This document shows, piece by piece, positions 1 to 12,109 of a stretch of 46,766 nucleotides of DNA (its first letter is position 1; every line of letters begins with the position of its first letter). The translations under genes and the position numbers were made by a program. Source of the stretch: a virus. Taxonomy: Duplodnaviria > Heunggongvirae > Uroviricota > Caudoviricetes. The stretch lies in IMG/VR virus record IMGVR_UViG_2877958089_000004; one strand, given 5' to 3'. The notes beneath the pieces were generated by a model. That model saw only the letters and a list, made by a program, of their open reading frames with translations, searched no databases and was not told the origin of the DNA.

Positions 1-933
1 ATGGACAACGACAAAATTGATCAACACAGCGACGAAATTGAAGTTGAGAGCGAAGAAAAAGAGCGCGGCAAAAAAATAGAAATAGATGAAGACCGACTCC
101 CCTCCCGGGCGATGGCAATTCATGAGCATATCCGCCAGGATGGTGAAAAAGAGCTGGAACGCGACGCAATGGCGCTACTGTGGTCAGCCATTGCGGCGGG
201 TCTGTCGATGGGCGCTTCGTTACTGGCAAAAGGGATATTTCATGTCGAACTGGAAGGTGTGCCGGGCAGCTTCTTACTGGAGAATCTCGGTTATACCTTT
301 GGTTTTATTATCGTCATAATGGCCCGCCAGCAATTATTTACCGAAAACACCGTGACTGCGGTACTACCCGTCATGCAAAAACCGACAATGAGCAACGTCG
401 GCTTACTTATGCGATTATGGGGCGTCGTGCTGCTGGGTAATATTCTCGGGACAGGTATTGCTGCATGGGCATTTGAATATATGCCTATCTTCAATGAAGA
501 AACTCGCGATGCATTTGTCAAAATCGGCATGGATGTGATGAAGAACACCCCCAGCGAGATGTTTGCCAACGCGATCATTTCCGGCTGGCTGATCGCCACT
601 ATGGTTTGGATGTTTCCTGCTGCGGGTGCGGCAAAGATTGTGGTGATTATATTGATGACCTGGCTTATTGCACTGGGTGACACCACCCACATCGTTGTCG
701 GTTCTGTTGAAATCCTCTATCTGGTGTTTAACGGCACGCTGCACTGGAGCGATTTCATCTGGCCCTTCGCACTACCTACTTTAGCGGGGAACATCTGCGG
801 CGGCACCTTTATCTTCGCGTTAATGAGTCATGCACAGATTCGTAACGACATGAGCAACAAGCGTAAAGCAGAAGCACGCCAAAAAGCAGAACGTGCGGAA
901 AACATTAAGAAAAATGATAAAAACCCAGCATAA
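1..933 (+). CDS. yfdC: Formate/nitrite transporter family inner membrane protein YfdC
   Basis: 310-aa ORF starting at window base 1; multi-TM protein recognised as E. coli YfdC; sits immediately upstream of argW as in E. coli K-12. Confidence 0.85.
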   Translation: MDNDKIDQHSDEIEVESEEKERGKKIEIDEDRLPSRAMAIHEHIRQDGEKELERDAMALLWSAIAAGLSMGASLLAKGIFHVELEGVPGSFLLENLGYTFGFIIVIMARQQLFTENTVTAVLPVMQKPTMSNVGLLMRLWGVVLLGNILGTGIAAWAFEYMPIFNEETRDAFVKIGMDVMKNTPSEMFANAIISGWLIATMVWMFPAAGAAKIVVIILMTWLIALGDTTHIVVGSVEILYLVFNGTLHWSDFIWPFALPTLAGNICGGTFIFALMSHAQIRNDMSNKRKAEARQKAERAENIKKNDKNPA

Positions 934-1008
934 ATGGCGAGGGTTTAAGCAATCGAGCGGCAGCGTACTTACCCCGCAGTCCATTAGCGGGTATACTCAT
1001 GCCGCATT

Positions 1009-1083
1009 GTCCTCTTAGTTAAATGGATATAACGAGCCCCTCCTAAGGGCTAATTGCAGGTTCGATTCCTGCAGGGGACACCA
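1009..1083 (+). tRNA. argW: tRNA-Arg (anticodon CCU)
   Basis: 75-nt sequence GTCCTCTTAGTTAAATGG...GGGGACACCA; D-arm, anticodon loop CCCCTCCTAAGGG with CCT anticodon, T-arm GGTTCGATTCC and 3' CCA are all readable. Confidence 0.9.
1069..1083. repeat. attL core: 15-bp direct repeat CTGCAGGGGACACCA (tRNA 3' end)
   Basis: Exact 15-bp copy recurs at 45062-45076, downstream of the torI-like gene. Confidence 0.8.
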
Positions 1084-1244
1084 TTTATCAGTTCGCTCCC
1101 ATCCGTACCAGTCCGCAAAATCCCCTGAATATCAAGCCTTCCGTAGATTAACAGTTCGTAATGGTTCGCGTCAGATCGTTGACAGCCGCACTGCATGACG
1201 GGTAAAAAGTGGATAAAATAATTTTACCCACCGGATTTTTACCC

Positions 1245-2402
1245 ATGCTCACCGTTAAGCAGATTGAAGCAGCAAAGCCGAAAGAAAAACCATACCGCCT
1301 TCTCGATGGTAATGGCCTGTACCTTTATGTCCCTGTATCAGGGAAAAAGGTATGGCAGCTTCGCTACAAGATTGACGGTAAGGAGAAAATCCTGACCGTA
1401 GGAAAATATCCGCTAATGACTTTGCAGGAGGCAAGAGATAAAGCATGGACCGCGAGGAAAGACATCTCGGTTGGCATCGATCCGGTAAAAGCGAAAAAGG
1501 CTTCGTCTAACAACAATTCCTTTAGTGCCATTTACAAGGAATGGTACGAGCACAAGAAGCAAGTCTGGTCAGTAGGCTATGCAACTGAACTTGCCAAAAT
1601 GTTTGATGACGACATTTTACCCATCATCGGCGGTCTTGAGATTCAGGATATTGAGCCGATGCAACTGCTGGAAGTAATCCGCAGATTTGAAGATCGCGGT
1701 GCAATGGAGCGAGCCAACAAAGCCCGCAGAAGATGCGGCGAGGTTTTCCGTTACGCCATTGTCACTGGTAGGGCTAAATATAACCCGGCACCTGACCTTG
1801 CTGACGCCATGAAGGGATACCGCAAGAAAAACTTCCCGTTTCTTCCTGCAGACCAGATCCCGGCATTTAACAAAGCACTGGCAACATTTTCAGGAAGCAT
1901 CGTATCGCTCATTGCGACCAAAGTTTTACGCTACACAGCCCTAAGAACGAAAGAGCTTCGTTCCATGCAATGGAAGAACGTCGATTTTGAAAACAGGATT
2001 ATCACTATCGACGCCAGTGTGATGAAGGGACGCAAGATTCATGTTGTCCCGATGTCGGACCAGGTGGTTGAACTTCTCACTACGCTAAGCTCAATCACCA
2101 AACCAGTATCAGAGTTTGTTTTTGCCGGGCGTAACGATAAGAAGAAGCCAATCTGCGAGAACGCGGTATTGCTTGTGATCAAACAAATCGGCTATGAGGG
2201 TCTGGAAAGCGGTCACGGATTCAGGCACGAATTCAGCACGATTATGAACGAGCACGAATGGCCTGCTGATGCTATTGAAGTGCAACTGGCACATGCCAAC
2301 GGCGGATCTGTGCGCGGGATTTACAACCATGCTCAGTATCTCGATAAACGCAGAGAAATGATGCAATGGTGGGCGGACTGGCTTGATGAAAAGCCTGAGT
2401 GA
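1245..2402 (+). CDS. intS: Tyrosine integrase, IntS/P4-like family
   Basis: 385-aa product from MLTVKQIEAAKPKEK...; recognised as the E. coli KplE1/CPS-53 IntS; an in-frame ATG at 1209 is an alternative start. Confidence 0.9.
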   Translation: MLTVKQIEAAKPKEKPYRLLDGNGLYLYVPVSGKKVWQLRYKIDGKEKILTVGKYPLMTLQEARDKAWTARKDISVGIDPVKAKKASSNNNSFSAIYKEWYEHKKQVWSVGYATELAKMFDDDILPIIGGLEIQDIEPMQLLEVIRRFEDRGAMERANKARRRCGEVFRYAIVTGRAKYNPAPDLADAMKGYRKKNFPFLPADQIPAFNKALATFSGSIVSLIATKVLRYTALRTKELRSMQWKNVDFENRIITIDASVMKGRKIHVVPMSDQVVELLTTLSSITKPVSEFVFAGRNDKKKPICENAVLLVIKQIGYEGLESGHGFRHEFSTIMNEHEWPADAIEVQLAHANGGSVRGIYNHAQYLDKRREMMQWWADWLDEKPE

Positions 2403-2553
2403 TCCACCTTAACAACTATCGAATAGCACAAAGCCTTGCAATCCAGTGCAAAGATTTGTGTGTCAGAGTTTTTCTCATCAACTACCGCAAGTATCGATCG
2501 ATTGAGACTTGGATGATAGACTTCATGCCTTTGATTATTAGCTGATAGAAGAA

Positions 2554-2916
2554 ATGTTAAAGCTATTTGCAAAGTACACCTCGATTGGTGTGCTGAACAC
2601 ACTTATACACTGGGTGGTTTTTGGTGTATGTATCTATGCCGCGCATACCAATCAGGCTCTGGCAAACTTCGCAGGTTTTGTTGTGGCTGTGAGTTTTAGC
2701 TTCTTCGCGAATGCAAAATTCACATTCAAAGCATCGACTACAACGATGCGCTACATGTTATATGTCGGGTTCATGGGAACACTGAGTGCAACTATTGGAT
2801 GGGCTGCTGATAGATGTTCACTTCCTCCAATTGTCACTCTCGTCACCTTCTCCGCCATCAGCCTGGTGTGCGGTTTCGTCTATTCAAAGTTCATTGTCTT
2901 TAGGGATGCGAAATGA
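2554..2916 (+). CDS. gtrA: GtrA-family bactoprenol-linked glucose translocase (flippase)
   Basis: 120-aa small 4-TM protein, first gene of a three-gene gtr operon next to the integrase. Confidence 0.85.
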   Translation: MLKLFAKYTSIGVLNTLIHWVVFGVCIYAAHTNQALANFAGFVVAVSFSFFANAKFTFKASTTTMRYMLYVGFMGTLSATIGWAADRCSLPPIVTLVTFSAISLVCGFVYSKFIVFRDAK

Positions 2917-3830
2917 AGATATCTCTTGTAGTTCCTGTCTTCAATGAAGAAGAAGCGATACCAATTTTTTATAAAACGGTACGTGAATTCGAAGAGTTGA
3001 AGCCATATGAAGTGGAAATTGTTTTCATAAATGATGGAAGCAAAGACGCTACGGAGTCAATTATTAATGCTATGGCTGTTTCAGATCCCCTAGTTGTTCC
3101 GCTGTCATTTACGCGCAACTTTGGTAAAGAACCAGCATTGTTTGCAGGGTTAGACCATGCAACTGGCGATGCCGTGATTCCAATTGATGTTGACCTGCAA
3201 GACCCGATTGAGGTCATTCCTCATCTTATTGAAAAGTGGCAGGCAGGTGCTGATATGGTGCTGGCAAAGCGTTCAGACCGCTCTACAGATGGACGTCTAA
3301 AGCGAAAAACTGCTGAGTGGTTCTATAAGCTCCACAATAAAATAAGCAACCCAACGATTGAAGAGAATGTTGGTGATTTCCGGTTAATGAGCCGTGAGGT
3401 TGTCGAAAATATCAAGCTTATGCCAGAGCGCAACCTTTTTATGAAAGGGGTACTGAGTTGGGTAGGAGGATCGACCGACATCGTCGAATATTCCCGCGCA
3501 GAACGTGTTGCTGGTAATTCAAAATTCAATGGATGGAAATTGTGGAATCTTGCGCTCGAAGGGATTACAAGCTTCTCAACATTTCCCCTGCGCATATGGA
3601 CTTATATCGGGTTAGTGGTAGCTGTCCTAGCATTTCTGTATGGCGCATGGATGATATTTGACACGCTCGCATTTGGAAATGCTGTACGAGGATACCCTTC
3701 ACTGCTGGTGTCCATTCTGTTTCTTGGAGGAATACAACTAATCGGTATAGGCGTGCTCGGAGAGTATATAGGACGTATCTACATTGAAACAAAATCAAGA
3801 CCTAAATATATTTTGAAGGCCAGAAAATGA
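2913..3830 (+). CDS. gtrB: GtrB bactoprenol glucosyltransferase (family 2 glycosyltransferase)
   Basis: 305 aa; N-terminal GT2 domain (VVPVFNEEE...DGSKD...DVDLQDP) with C-terminal TM segments; start overlaps the gtrA stop. Confidence 0.9.
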   Translation: MKISLVVPVFNEEEAIPIFYKTVREFEELKPYEVEIVFINDGSKDATESIINAMAVSDPLVVPLSFTRNFGKEPALFAGLDHATGDAVIPIDVDLQDPIEVIPHLIEKWQAGADMVLAKRSDRSTDGRLKRKTAEWFYKLHNKISNPTIEENVGDFRLMSREVVENIKLMPERNLFMKGVLSWVGGSTDIVEYSRAERVAGNSKFNGWKLWNLALEGITSFSTFPLRIWTYIGLVVAVLAFLYGAWMIFDTLAFGNAVRGYPSLLVSILFLGGIQLIGIGVLGEYIGRIYIETKSRPKYILKARK

Positions 3831-5257
3831 ATTTCAATTCTTTTTTTAAACAGCGAGTTACTATAATTATAGGATTGGCTTATGCATTGCCTATAGTTTT
3901 GAATGGCATCGATTACATTGATGATATGGGTAGGGCCATATCTGGGTATGGATGGAGTGACGACGGTAGATTTGTATCAACTTTATTAATGCAGATATTG
4001 TCATTTAGCGACAAAGTATTGCCACTTTTCCCTTATGCGACTATATTATCTGTAATAATAACATGCTTTTCAGGATTCATTATTTCAGAATTATTTTTCA
4101 AACATTCTAAATATAAATTTATTTTTTCTTTAGTGTTACTAACATCACCTTTTTTTCTTGAAAACCTATCATACAAGTATGATTCTCTACCTATGTCGCT
4201 TTCTGTTTTAATGGCAATAGTACCTTTTACATTATACAGAAATCATATATTTATCCCGATATCAATACTTTGTCTTGTTGCTGTATTGGGATTGTATCAG
4301 ACTACGTCTATGTTATATTTCGCCGTGACAATATGTATTATCATGTCTTCTGTATTAGACGGTAAAAATAAGACAGAATGTTTTAAATTAGCATGCAAGA
4401 CACTAGTGTCATTTGTTGTTGCATTTTTAATATATAAGTCATTAGTTCTTTTGCTAGCATTAAATGTTCCTCGCTCGCAATTTATAAGCATAAACAGCGA
4501 AATACTTAATTTATTAATAGAAAGAACAAAGCATTTCCATATAATGTTAAAGGCTCTTTTTGATAGTGGGTATTTTATTGCCTCAGCACCATTTGTAATT
4601 CTGTTTGCAATGTCTTTAGTTTATCTTCTGGCATTAAGAAAATCATTAACTATATTTTTCATTATAGTATTATGCTTTATGTCTTTGTTAATATTGACAA
4701 TGATGCCAAATATTTTGCTAAAGGAGATTTTTTACACAGCCAGAACTATGATTTGTTTTCCAGCAATTATTATTGCAATGCTTATAGTTATGGATCGATG
4801 TAAAATTGAAAACGTCAATAAGCTTTGCTTTATATTTGTTATATTATTAGTGAGTTACTCTTTTTCACTATCTGCAAAACTTGGGGCCGTAATAAAAAAT
4901 AACAATGAGGCTAGCAATTACTTTGCGGGAAGAATAACCTCTGATATCTCAACGATAGATTCGTCGGATACTTACAAAATTGTAATCTCTGGTAGAGTAC
5001 CGATTAGCGCTAAAAGCAAGCTATTATATAATGAAACTCCATTTTTAAATTGGCTTGCCCCTGTTTATGCTTCTGGTGGTTGGGGGTGGGGGGTCGTAGA
5101 TCTTTCAAGATATGCAGATTTCAAATGGCAGGAAAATGAAACATTTATCCTACAAAACAAATGCCATATTGCTCCATTATTTAGCAATAAATTTTATGCC
5201 ATAAGAAAGAAAGATAACGTATATATTATAGATTTTAACTACAAAGATTGCATATAG
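3827..5257 (+). CDS. Serotype-specific O-antigen glucosyltransferase (GtrC-type polytopic membrane protein)
   Basis: 476-aa highly hydrophobic protein, strongly AT-rich, third gene of the gtrAB operon, where the variable serotype-specific enzyme lies. Confidence 0.7.
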   Translation: MNFNSFFKQRVTIIIGLAYALPIVLNGIDYIDDMGRAISGYGWSDDGRFVSTLLMQILSFSDKVLPLFPYATILSVIITCFSGFIISELFFKHSKYKFIFSLVLLTSPFFLENLSYKYDSLPMSLSVLMAIVPFTLYRNHIFIPISILCLVAVLGLYQTTSMLYFAVTICIIMSSVLDGKNKTECFKLACKTLVSFVVAFLIYKSLVLLLALNVPRSQFISINSEILNLLIERTKHFHIMLKALFDSGYFIASAPFVILFAMSLVYLLALRKSLTIFFIIVLCFMSLLILTMMPNILLKEIFYTARTMICFPAIIIAMLIVMDRCKIENVNKLCFIFVILLVSYSFSLSAKLGAVIKNNNEASNYFAGRITSDISTIDSSDTYKIVISGRVPISAKSKLLYNETPFLNWLAPVYASGGWGWGVVDLSRYADFKWQENETFILQNKCHIAPLFSNKFYAIRKKDNVYIIDFNYKDCI

Positions 5258-5262
5258 TAATA

Positions 5263-5308
5263 TGCCTACCCATTTATAATTTAAAACATTTTACGAATGG
5301 GTAGGCAG
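5263..5308. terminator. Hairpin between convergent gtrC and tailspike genes (possible bidirectional terminator)
   Basis: 12-bp inverted repeat TGCCTACCCATT / AATGGGTAGGCA with an AT-rich 22-nt loop, exactly between the two convergent stop codons. Confidence 0.45.
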
Positions 5309-5319
5309 CTATTAGGAGA

Positions 5320-7197
5320 TCAGTTAATCCTTATTTTTACAGCAGTTCCAGTTCTATATAACGCCCCAACACCGACACCGACACCGTAATTTTGCGGTGT
5401 ATCATCAGGCACATCCCTAAACACAAATCCTCTCAAAACATCTCCGCTATCGTATGCATAGTTATTAACATATGATCCTCCATTGACGCTCCTTGGTTTG
5501 TTAGATATAGAGTTATCTATTACTCTTGTTTCTGCGCCATCAGTATAAATAGAATACTGACCAGAGCAATCAACAAGCTGACCATCTATAGTAACTTTCC
5601 CTTTATTGTTAAGAACCTTAACAGCAGCAAGGCGCGGGCCATACATAGGGTAAGATGGATCTGGGGCATCGTTTGGGAATGTAGCATGAATAGTCCCATT
5701 AAAATATAAATCCATGTTGCTATTTGCTCCAAAAACCAATACTGCCGCATCATCATTTTTCAGGGAGCCGGCACCATTTATTTTCAACGAGCTAAATATA
5801 TTATTCACACCGTATCCAGATCCATCGCCAATAGCTACAATAGCGGCTCGTTTAAAAATATCAAACCACATACCTGTCATAGTTAACCATGACGTAGCGA
5901 CCATGTGAACACCTATACGACAATACTCTATTTTACCTCCAATAAACGAATTTCCGAAGTTTGGTCCACAAGCCACAGCCGCACCTCGATAATCATATAC
6001 ATCATCTTCGTCAAAATAAGTTTCCCCATGATAACCAATATCATTGAAATAGCAGCCTATGAAAATACTATCTGACAATGTAAATCGTGAAAGGATGCCA
6101 TTTTCTTTAAGAGTGGTAAACTGGCATAGTGTGACCCGCATTAAACCAGCCATATCAGAACGCAGACCAATTAATGCATCTCTAAAAACACAGGCCGTTA
6201 TCTCATGATTATGATAAGCAACTGTTTGCTGTGACCTGTCTCCATATTCAATACACGTGCAATTTGAAGCTGAGCCATCAATGTCAATATACGAAATAGA
6301 TGTCTGTTTTTTCTTTCTCACATCAACAATAGGATCTGCATATCCAATAGTATGGTCATCTGCTAGCTTAAGTGTAGATTTAAGATTAAAACCTGATGAA
6401 GAGTAAGCCCACGCAGATTTGATGCCTGTGAGAGCCTTGTTATCTTGCATAACTACAGGTGTCTTAATAAACAAATACCTGTCTACTAGCACCTCAACCC
6501 CATACGGACTGTTCAGAGCTTTATTTATTGGTATAGCGTTATCGGTTTCGGGACCTGGCTTAGCTCCGTAAAAAATCGCATTCAGAGGTCCATTGAAAGT
6601 CCCAGCATACAATCCATCCCTCACAACCTGACCTACCGCTCCAGTATTAATGACAATACCATCATCTGGATCTAGGTTTCGATTGCTGTAATATGTGAAA
6701 CGCCCCCCAGCTAAATCGCCAGTTTCGAATCCGTATTTCGCTATAATAATTGTTCCGTCTTCAAAATCATCTCCTGTTTCGGCAGCAATATCTACGTATC
6801 TGAATCCTAGTCCGCCAATAAGTGTATATCCATTTTCCCCTTCAATTAACCCCCTAAATTGATCTGGGTCATACTTAATTATGTTTGGATAGTAGAACTG
6901 CTGTGTACCATACGCATCATAAACAGCCATAGAATGGCCTTGCACAGTTACGAACTTGGCAATCTGTCCGTTATATACCGGATATCCAGCAGCATTAATG
7001 ATGATTGGTTGCGGAACAGGAACGTGAGAGCCGTCTTCGTTCTCCACATAAACCTGAATCTGGTTTTCAGGATTTACCGGGTCAGTGTCAATTTTACCGA
7101 TATAAATTTTGCCATTAGCTACGGCTTTAAAAGAACGCGCCATAGTGAAGAGTTGCGAAGGCATGCTTACCACAACATTTGCGGTGATATCTGACAT
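5320..7197 (-). CDS. Tailspike protein: P22-type head-binding N-terminus with a divergent receptor-binding domain
   Basis: N-terminus [46 protein letters not shown] closely matches the conserved P22/Sf6 tailspike head-binding domain; the rest differs from P22. Start placed at the ATG at 7197 with a GGAG RBS; the ORF track extends to 7245. Confidence 0.85.
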   Translation of the reverse strand: MSDITANVVVSMPSQLFTMARSFKAVANGKIYIGKIDTDPVNPENQIQVYVENEDGSHVPVPQPIIINAAGYPVYNGQIAKFVTVQGHSMAVYDAYGTQQFYYPNIIKYDPDQFRGLIEGENGYTLIGGLGFRYVDIAAETGDDFEDGTIIIAKYGFETGDLAGGRFTYYSNRNLDPDDGIVINTGAVGQVVRDGLYAGTFNGPLNAIFYGAKPGPETDNAIPINKALNSPYGVEVLVDRYLFIKTPVVMQDNKALTGIKSAWAYSSSGFNLKSTLKLADDHTIGYADPIVDVRKKKQTSISYIDIDGSASNCTCIEYGDRSQQTVAYHNHEITACVFRDALIGLRSDMAGLMRVTLCQFTTLKENGILSRFTLSDSIFIGCYFNDIGYHGETYFDEDDVYDYRGAAVACGPNFGNSFIGGKIEYCRIGVHMVATSWLTMTGMWFDIFKRAAIVAIGDGSGYGVNNIFSSLKINGAGSLKNDDAAVLVFGANSNMDLYFNGTIHATFPNDAPDPSYPMYGPRLAAVKVLNNKGKVTIDGQLVDCSGQYSIYTDGAETRVIDNSISNKPRSVNGGSYVNNYAYDSGDVLRGFVFRDVPDDTPQNYGVGVGVGALYRTGTAVKIRIN

Positions 7198-7318
7198 TTC
7201 ATTGCTCCAGACGAATGATATGATGCAACCATGAAGAGATTGCATACCGAAATGGTACTATTGAGTATTTATCCAGTAAGTTACGATGCCATTCCACCCA
7301 ACTGGTGAGGCATCAAGG

Positions 7319-7579
7319 ATGTACAGCAAATACGACGAGGCGCAGTTTCACTTGAGACTTCCGCATGAACTCCACGCGAAAATTAAACAGCGCGCGAAGA
7401 TGAATAACAGGTCGCTGAACTCAGAGATAATTGCAGCGATTGAAGAATCATTGGATAAACAAAGCTCTGCATCAGTTTACATTGACGATGCAGAGCGTAT
7501 GGCAGAACAACAATCGGATATGGTTAAGAAAATTGTCTTTGATACGCTCAAGAAGCTATATAAAAAAGACAGTAGCTAA
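7319..7579 (+). CDS. mnt: Mnt/Arc-family ribbon-helix-helix repressor
   Basis: 86 aa; FHLRLPHELHAKIKQRAKMNNRSLNSEII...AERMAEQQSDMVKKIVFDTLKKLYKK resembles P22 Mnt; lies between tailspike and gp16 homologues as in the P22 immI region. Confidence 0.7.
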   Translation: MYSKYDEAQFHLRLPHELHAKIKQRAKMNNRSLNSEIIAAIEESLDKQSSASVYIDDAERMAEQQSDMVKKIVFDTLKKLYKKDSS

Positions 7580-7596
7580 CCATCCGTGGCTTTCCG

Positions 7597-9930
7597 TTAC
7601 TTCTGGTTATCATCACTGTTCATCCAGTACATGATGCCTAGCCTTGATATGGTTTTCTTATCTGATTCTGGAAGTGAGTTGTAAAACGAGCGCCAAGCAG
7701 AAGAGCGTCTTACTGTTGTATCAACGATGCTTTCTGGTGCTTGTTTTACTGCCAGCCTTGCTGCTTTCTGGAATTCTGGTGAGCTAATTAGCTTTTCTGC
7801 AGATTCAATTGATTCAGCGCCGCCCATCGCCCTGATTTTGCTGGCGACTTTTGCCCCAATTTCTGACCCAGCAACAGCACCTACTGCACTGAACGGTCCT
7901 GACACAGTTGAACCAACCGCAGTGCCAATGCGTTGGGCATGGTTAGCAACAAATTCATTTGCCGCAGTGACGCGATTAAACCGTTTGACGAACTCGTTTA
8001 GTCTTCCTGTAGTTATCTCGTAAGATTTTGCATCTTTGATAGCCTTTGCGACCTTATATACATCGTTCAGACCTGACATAGTCTCTTTTGGTAAATGTCG
8101 GGCAAGATTGCGCATCTGCCCGTTTGCTAACATGTTTTGATACCAATCAGCAAACCCTGCAGGATTAAAATCAGCGCCACGTTTTCCGTTCGAAAGCATA
8201 TCCCGAAGACCTGTTCCCAGTAGCTCGGTTCTTAGCTTCCTGGACGGCGTGTTTTGCATCAATTCACGAAATCCTTTGGCATCGCCTTTCGACATTGCCT
8301 GTAGTGCTGTAGTTGCTTTGCGAGAAACATCACCGTTCAGCGTTCTGCCAGTTAGATTAATCATTTGCTCTTCCATGCTTTTTCGCATCTGAACAAGCCT
8401 CTGAGCAACTTCAAAATCACGTAATGCATTTGTCTCTGACAGCGCCGCCTTTTGATCATCGGCGAGCGAACCGTAAAGCCTCGATAAAGCAGCGCGATCA
8501 GCATCTTTATATGGTCCAGAATTCTTATGAAGTGCATCACCAACAAGTCGTCGTTGCTTATTGAGATTTGCATAAGTTAATGCGCCGTTCTTGCCTGGAT
8601 TAACTGCCCGAAAGACTCTCTTTTCAATAGGGTCAAGGTTTTTCATCCCGCCAAGATCTTCTGCCACCTGTTTGAGCATTGACCTTGTTGATGGCGCATC
8701 AATTTTTGCACCTGCAGGCATCGCCTTTTCAACATTGCGATAAAGCTGGTCGCTTCGTTTCATCAGCGCAGACATTCTTCCATTGACCGTATCAATAAAC
8801 TTGTCGCTCATACCAAGAGCATCTTTTGCACCGGAAACGCGATCAATTATCTCCCCCGCGCCCTGTGCTAGTTGCCTGATTGCTTCATTTTCCTGCACCC
8901 GTAGAGCAGAACCCGCACGGGACTTGATTGCTTGCTCAACTGCCTTGTATTGCTCGTTCCCGGAAAAGTGTGAAGGGAGTAATGAATCAACATTAAGCCT
9001 TTCAGCAGACTCCAGAACTTCAGCCTGAGGATTGATATCTAGTTCATCAAGCGATGAAGCGAGATTTGGCCTTTTTTGTGCTGCTACTGTGCGAACGACT
9101 TCCTCTGGGTTCCTCGTCGCAGGCGTCATTGGTACACCTTGTGCTACTCTTGCCTCTGCTGCATGAACCGCAGGATTTGTTGCTGCAGCGGAATGAACCG
9201 CAGGATTTGTTGCTGCAGCGGCATCACCGGAGAATGGTGATGTTTCTGTTGGCGAAGTGGTCGCTCTCTGTGCAGATGTTTTATTGCCACTAATTATATT
9301 TGATGCACCACGAACACCACGGGTAACGCCATTTATCAGGCCATGCGTAGCAATGTTAAGTCCGGCATTAATAGCGGCATTTTCGGCAAAATCACCCCGT
9401 TGATTCGCCGCGTCAGCGAGAGAACCAATGACCATGTTTCCAGCTACTCCTGCTCCAGGAACAAGATAACCGCCTATTGACTCTCCAGCTTGAGCGTAGG
9501 GGTCTGTCGGTCTGTCTACTGGGCGATAAACATCATCCAAAACCTTGGGGCCACCAAGCCCCTGGCTGATTGCATTAATCAGACTTGCGCCGCCCTGCAA
9601 CACGTCAAATGGTATGTTTACCAGACCTCGACCAGCCTGTTCTGCAATTTGCCCTGCACTTTGACCACCAGTGAGCCATTCTCCTGCACGCTGCATAAGT
9701 GATTTGTCTTGCTGAATGGTATCAGGAGATTGCCCTACTTCCTGCTGTTCTGTCTGCATTGAAGGCAATGGATAGGCATCATAGAAAGCTTGCTTAGCCT
9801 GCTCTGCATTTTCTCCGGCTTGCGGTGCCACGACTTCATTGAAGTATTGCTCCTGAGCCTGCGCTTTTTGTTCTGGTGCTAACGCCTGATACTGTGGAGA
9901 GGCGATAACATCTTTCCATGCTTTAGCCAT
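7597..9930 (-). CDS. DNA ejection/injection protein, P22 gp16-like
   Basis: 777-aa protein in the gp16 position (after gp20, before tailspike region); carries an internal 30-bp tandem duplication. Confidence 0.65.
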   Translation of the reverse strand: MAKAWKDVIASPQYQALAPEQKAQAQEQYFNEVVAPQAGENAEQAKQAFYDAYPLPSMQTEQQEVGQSPDTIQQDKSLMQRAGEWLTGGQSAGQIAEQAGRGLVNIPFDVLQGGASLINAISQGLGGPKVLDDVYRPVDRPTDPYAQAGESIGGYLVPGAGVAGNMVIGSLADAANQRGDFAENAAINAGLNIATHGLINGVTRGVRGASNIISGNKTSAQRATTSPTETSPFSGDAAAATNPAVHSAAATNPAVHAAEARVAQGVPMTPATRNPEEVVRTVAAQKRPNLASSLDELDINPQAEVLESAERLNVDSLLPSHFSGNEQYKAVEQAIKSRAGSALRVQENEAIRQLAQGAGEIIDRVSGAKDALGMSDKFIDTVNGRMSALMKRSDQLYRNVEKAMPAGAKIDAPSTRSMLKQVAEDLGGMKNLDPIEKRVFRAVNPGKNGALTYANLNKQRRLVGDALHKNSGPYKDADRAALSRLYGSLADDQKAALSETNALRDFEVAQRLVQMRKSMEEQMINLTGRTLNGDVSRKATTALQAMSKGDAKGFRELMQNTPSRKLRTELLGTGLRDMLSNGKRGADFNPAGFADWYQNMLANGQMRNLARHLPKETMSGLNDVYKVAKAIKDAKSYEITTGRLNEFVKRFNRVTAANEFVANHAQRIGTAVGSTVSGPFSAVGAVAGSEIGAKVASKIRAMGGAESIESAEKLISSPEFQKAARLAVKQAPESIVDTTVRRSSAWRSFYNSLPESDKKTISRLGIMYWMNSDDNQK
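9163..9221. repeat. In-frame 30-bp tandem duplication inside the gp16-like gene
   Basis: ATGAACCGCAGGATTTGTTGCTGCAGCGG occurs twice in tandem (encodes AATNPAVH twice). Confidence 0.8.
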
Positions 9931-11387
9931 TAATCACCCCATAGTGAAGAAAAGTTACTGCTGGCTGCTGGCTGTGATACCTGCTCAGATTGCGGCAATG
10001 TCTGCGACGAAGAAGAAGTTCCTCTGTCAACTGCTGAAATAACCCGCAAAGCATCATAAGCTCGACCAGAAGCAGCTTTCAGCGAATTGAACTGGTTTTC
10101 CATCTTCCGGCGCTTGGTATCAATGGTTTTTGTGGAATCACCAGGCTGAGGGAAATACATTTGATAATATTTTGACATTTCAGCAGGTACGATAGCTGCC
10201 CCTGTTTCCTGACGGAGTATTGCCATTATTGCGTCATTAGCATTAACAACGTATTGCTGCTCTGTTGGGCTGAGCGTTAAGTTAGCCAGCGTCCCATTAC
10301 CCAAAGCATTATTAATGATCGCCACTCGCTGTGGGCTAATCTGGCCTTTCAGTGTATCCATTGAATCAAGAGCATCCCTAACTCTGTATGCAAATCCAGC
10401 AGCTTTTTTAGCCCCTTCTGGCGACTTTTCCATGATCTTTTGAGCTGTTGGCAAAGCTATTGGACGAAACCCATCTCCAGATATTGGCTGGTTTAGTTTT
10501 CCCTGCTCTTCACTTCCGTCTGTGTAGTATTTTGTGACAGTGCCATCATCGTTTTCCCTAACACTCATTAATTTTTTGGCGTTTGTATTAATTCCAGCCG
10601 CTGCCGCAAATGCCGCCGCCCCCTCTGGATCCGCCTTTAACATTTGCGCGTACTGATTGTAATTCTGCATTGCTGCTGTTGGTGCATATGCTGACGTTAA
10701 CGCATTTGCTCGGCTAATATCCTGCCCTCTCGCCTGAAGTGCTTCGCCAGCCTGATTGCTGCGGATTGTCTCTGCCAGCCTGCCTCGGTCAATCTCACGA
10801 CCAGCCATCTTGTCCTGAACATTGAAGTAGTCAATCGGACCGAGAGCAGCCATTCCAAGGTGATCAACAAACTCACCAAATCCTGAAGGATTCTGCTGAT
10901 ACATCTGAGCAACGTTATTAGGGTCAACACCGACGCGAGTCAGTTCCTTGGCGTTGTTTTGCAGCCATGATTGCATTGCTTCTGGAGACGAGGCAGCAAG
11001 GCGTGCGCCAGCCGCTAAGGTGCCGATAGAATTGCGCTGGTCTTCATCAATGAATCCCATGCCTTTACGAACAGATTCAATCTGGTCTGGATATTGAGTA
11101 GCCAACTGACGCAAAGCACCGCGATCACCAGACGCATAAGCATTAGCGTATGCCTGCTGAAATTCTTTCTGCCGCTGAGCCTGCTTTTCCTGCTGAAAAA
11201 CACCCGCAATACCAGAAAGACCTTGCAAAGCTGTCAGCCCAACATTGTTAGCGCCTGAACGCTCAATATCATTGTTCTGCCTGATAAGCTGAAGCGTATT
11301 GCCGATGTCATTTACGCTCGGAGCGTTTGAGTTGACACCACCGATACCAGCCAACAATCCGCCATTTGTTCCTTGCCAAGTAGCCAT
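9930..11387 (-). CDS. DNA ejection protein, P22 gp20-like
   Basis: 485 aa (P22 gp20 is about 471 aa); position between gp7-like and gp16-like genes. Confidence 0.65.
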   Translation of the reverse strand: MATWQGTNGGLLAGIGGVNSNAPSVNDIGNTLQLIRQNNDIERSGANNVGLTALQGLSGIAGVFQQEKQAQRQKEFQQAYANAYASGDRGALRQLATQYPDQIESVRKGMGFIDEDQRNSIGTLAAGARLAASSPEAMQSWLQNNAKELTRVGVDPNNVAQMYQQNPSGFGEFVDHLGMAALGPIDYFNVQDKMAGREIDRGRLAETIRSNQAGEALQARGQDISRANALTSAYAPTAAMQNYNQYAQMLKADPEGAAAFAAAAGINTNAKKLMSVRENDDGTVTKYYTDGSEEQGKLNQPISGDGFRPIALPTAQKIMEKSPEGAKKAAGFAYRVRDALDSMDTLKGQISPQRVAIINNALGNGTLANLTLSPTEQQYVVNANDAIMAILRQETGAAIVPAEMSKYYQMYFPQPGDSTKTIDTKRRKMENQFNSLKAASGRAYDALRVISAVDRGTSSSSQTLPQSEQVSQPAASSNFSSLWGD

Positions 11388-11396
11388 GATTACCCC

Positions 11397-12009
11397 TTAA
11401 AACAACGATCCAAGCAGGCCAAGTCCGCCGCCAATTGCCGCACCTAATCCAGTGCCAAGTCCGGGAACAATAGAGCCAAGAGCAGCGCCAGTCATAGCCC
11501 CTGAAGCTCCGCCGCTAATTGCTGTCTGAAGGCCTGATGGTTTATTGGCGTTAGCAGCGGCAAGTGCTGCGCTTTGCTGTGCAATGCTGCTCATGTTGTT
11601 GGCGTACGTCTGCCCGGCGTTTGCCTGACCTTGCAGCGCACCAAGCCCAACGTTTGCCAGATTGTTGTAATTGCTCATCTGATTTGATAACCAAGACTGA
11701 CCGAGTGTCGGAGCGATCGTAGCCAGTTGATTGCTTGTGGCTGTCGAACCAAGTCCACCCGTCGCCTCCGCAGCAGCAAGACTCTGGTAACGCGCCTGCC
11801 CTGCAAGGTCTTTATACTGCTGAGAGTTGTAATACTGATTAAGTGCCTGCCCCTGACCTTCTAAACTGGAAAGGTTCTGAAGCTGGTTAACATACTGCTC
11901 CGCAAGAGGCGTGAACGGAGCAAGGTTTTTCATGATCGTCTGCCACTGCTGATTTTGCAGATCTGCAGCATACTTCTGAGCTTCTGCTGCATACTTTGCG
12001 CTTTTATCA
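11397..12009 (-). CDS. Ejection protein, P22 gp7-like; 5' end lost in assembly gap (partial)
   Basis: Gly/Ala-rich C-terminus; the reading frame stays open upstream of the annotated ATG (…DKSAKYAAEAQKYAADLQNQQWQTI-MKNLAPF…) and runs into the N run at 12010. Confidence 0.6.
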
Positions 12010-12109
12010 NNNNNNNNNNNNNNNNNNNNNNNNNNNNNNNNNNNNNNNNNNNNNNNNNNNNNNNNNNNNNNNNNNNNNNNNNNNNNNNNNNNNNNNNNNN
12101 NNNNNNNNN
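12010..12109. other. Assembly gap (100 N)
   Basis: Run of exactly 100 N. Confidence 0.99.

Noticed and set aside
291-744. Minus-strand ORFs of 133 and 109 aa inside yfdC
   Set aside because: They lie entirely antisense within a well-supported membrane transporter gene; shadow ORFs.
1209-1244. Upstream in-frame ATG extending the integrase by 12 codons
   Set aside because: The product from 1245 matches the 385-aa IntS length; the extension is not needed.
7198-7245. 16-codon N-terminal extension of the tailspike ORF ([16 protein letters not shown])
   Set aside because: The conserved tailspike N-terminus begins at MSDITAN and has a proper GGAG RBS; the extension is likely untranslated.
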